Below, one piece after another: positions 34,157 to 35,271 of a DNA stretch of 35,271 nucleotides (positions are counted from its first letter, which is position 1; each line of letters starts with the position of its first letter). Origin of the DNA: a virus. Taxonomy: Duplodnaviria > Caudoviricetes. The DNA lies in IMG/VR virus record IMGVR_UViG_3300037047_000137, positions 1 to 35,271 of that record; one strand, 5' to 3'. The position numbers and the translations under genes were made by a program. A model generated the notes under the pieces. That model was not told the origin of the DNA. It ran no database searches and saw nothing but the letters and a program-made list of their open reading frames with translations.

Positions 34157-34885
34157 TCAGTACGGAATGCTGGCCGATTCCTTGGCCTTGGCTCGCACCT
34201 TCGCCCAATCCTCGGGCGTGAACGCCGCTTCGTCCTTACCCGGAGCAGCCTCCTGTAGGAGCGTCGGCCAGAACCCTTCGGCGTCTTCCGGCCTGGCGGA
34301 CAGCAGCTCCGCCCAGGCTTCCTCGCGCGTGCATCCGGTCGGCTTCTTGGCCGGTGCTGCCCTCGATGCCGGGGGCTTGGGCGCCCCTGTCGGTCTGGGC
34401 GCGGGCGCTGGCGTACCCCCTGCCATCGCCCGGAGCTTCGCCCCGAGCCGCGTCTGCAACGTCCGCCGCATGGTCGGGTCGGACTTCGGCAGTTCCCCGC
34501 TTCTCCCCTCGTACCCCTCGGGGTTCAGGTACTTCACCTTCAGCCGGTCCCGGCCGTTGTAACTTTCGAAGTCCAGTACCACCTGGACCACCACGCGCGA
34601 CAGGTCCGCGTCCTGGAGCCACATGATATCCCGGCCATCCCACCCCAGGGCCTGCCGCAACGCTTCGATGCTGAAGTTGTTCAGCCCGCCGTCCCGGGTC
34701 TCCAGGTAGTGCCAGCCCGTGATCTCCATCTGCTCGCCGCGGATATCGGCCCACCCGTCCTGAACCATCTCTTCAATCAGCGCGTACCGGACCACCGCGC
34801 AGGCCAGCTTGTTGTCTCCCTGCTCCACCACCCCAACCCCGGCGATGGCAGCCTTGAACGTTCCGGCTCTGTTTGCGAACGCCAT
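34157..34885 (-). CDS. DUF669-like single-stranded DNA-binding protein candidate
   Basis: ATG at 34885. Beta-rich N-terminal domain (ESYNGRDRLKVKYLN), Pro/Ala linker, and a C-terminal IPY tail. Follows the AAA_24 ATPase, as is usual for Sak4 modules. Confidence 0.55.
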   Translation of the reverse strand: MAFANRAGTFKAAIAGVGVVEQGDNKLACAVVRYALIEEMVQDGWADIRGEQMEITGWHYLETRDGGLNNFSIEALRQALGWDGRDIMWLQDADLSRVVVQVVLDFESYNGRDRLKVKYLNPEGYEGRSGELPKSDPTMRRTLQTRLGAKLRAMAGGTPAPAPRPTGAPKPPASRAAPAKKPTGCTREEAWAELLSARPEDAEGFWPTLLQEAAPGKDEAAFTPEDWAKVRAKAKESASIPY

Positions 34886-34890
34886 GAGAA

Positions 34891-35271
34891 TCAGGCCCCC
34901 TTTCCGGCCGCAACCAACCCCAGCGCGTCCCACAGCGCCGGGGAGAACTTGTCCAACGGCAGCGGGTCGGCCAGCTTCCGACTCTTCGCCATGCAGTGCG
35001 GCAACTCCACCGGCCAAATCGTCCGCGTGCCGCTTCCCTGCCCCTTGCCTTCCTTGTCCACCGCCACGTCGTACCCCAGGAACAGCAGGTCATCGAGCCA
35101 CTCGCGCAGCCTCAGCCGGATCGACGCCTTGCCGCTGTTGGGGCTCTGCAACCTCGGCTCGTAGCGGATCCAGTCCTCGCCGGCCGGGTTCGGCACGTTG
35201 CTGGTACAGTCGTGGCAGACCAACACGACGTTCCGCCCGGCCCGGACGTGCTGGTCGAGGTCCGCCAGGAG
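34891..35271 (-). CDS. AAA_24 / Sak4-like recombination ATPase, C-terminal part (5' end beyond the window)
   Basis: NVVLVCH, RYEPRL, REWLDDLLFL and AKSR motifs. The frame is open to 35271. Confidence 0.8.
   Translation of the reverse strand, partial: LLADLDQHVRAGRNVVLVCHDCTSNVPNPAGEDWIRYEPRLQSPNSGKASIRLRLREWLDDLLFLGYDVAVDKEGKGQGSGTRTIWPVELPHCMAKSRKLADPLPLDKFSPALWDALGLVAAGKGA

Noticed and set aside
1-35271. Prophage integrase, repressor and att sites
   Set aside because: None is visible. Both window edges fall inside phage genes, so the temperate lifestyle and host are inferred rather than shown.

Overview
This window is about 35 kb of a GC-rich, lambda-like (cos-type, long non-contractile tail) phage or prophage, with almost all genes on the minus strand. 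The tail and head gene types resemble those I recall from Planctomycetota/PVC prophages (inference). Reading right to left: recombination/replication genes (AAA_24 ATPase, SSB-like protein, RusA-like resolvase, C5 DNA methyltransferase, SF2 helicase, glutaredoxin-like protein, primase, AAA_25 helicase); an iteron palindrome (candidate origin); a lambda-like cosQ/cosN; an accessory block inside the packaging module (ParB-N, GREB1/TAGT-type glycosyltransferase, TerS-like protein, SLOG-PRTase fusion, DUF4942); terminase; head; neck; a membrane-protein cluster with no visible endolysin; and tail genes with a -1 frameshift chaperone. The most striking observation is a plus-strand, lower-GC insert at about 17480-20679 that reads as an integron gene-cassette array with no integrase. 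It has a sigma70 promoter, an attI-like entry site, a DUF4145 cassette with a textbook attC, an empty cassette with a collapsed attC, and an EcoRI-family methylase plus DUF262-HNH nuclease cassette ending in a degenerate attC. All family assignments come from motif recognition by eye; no searches were run.
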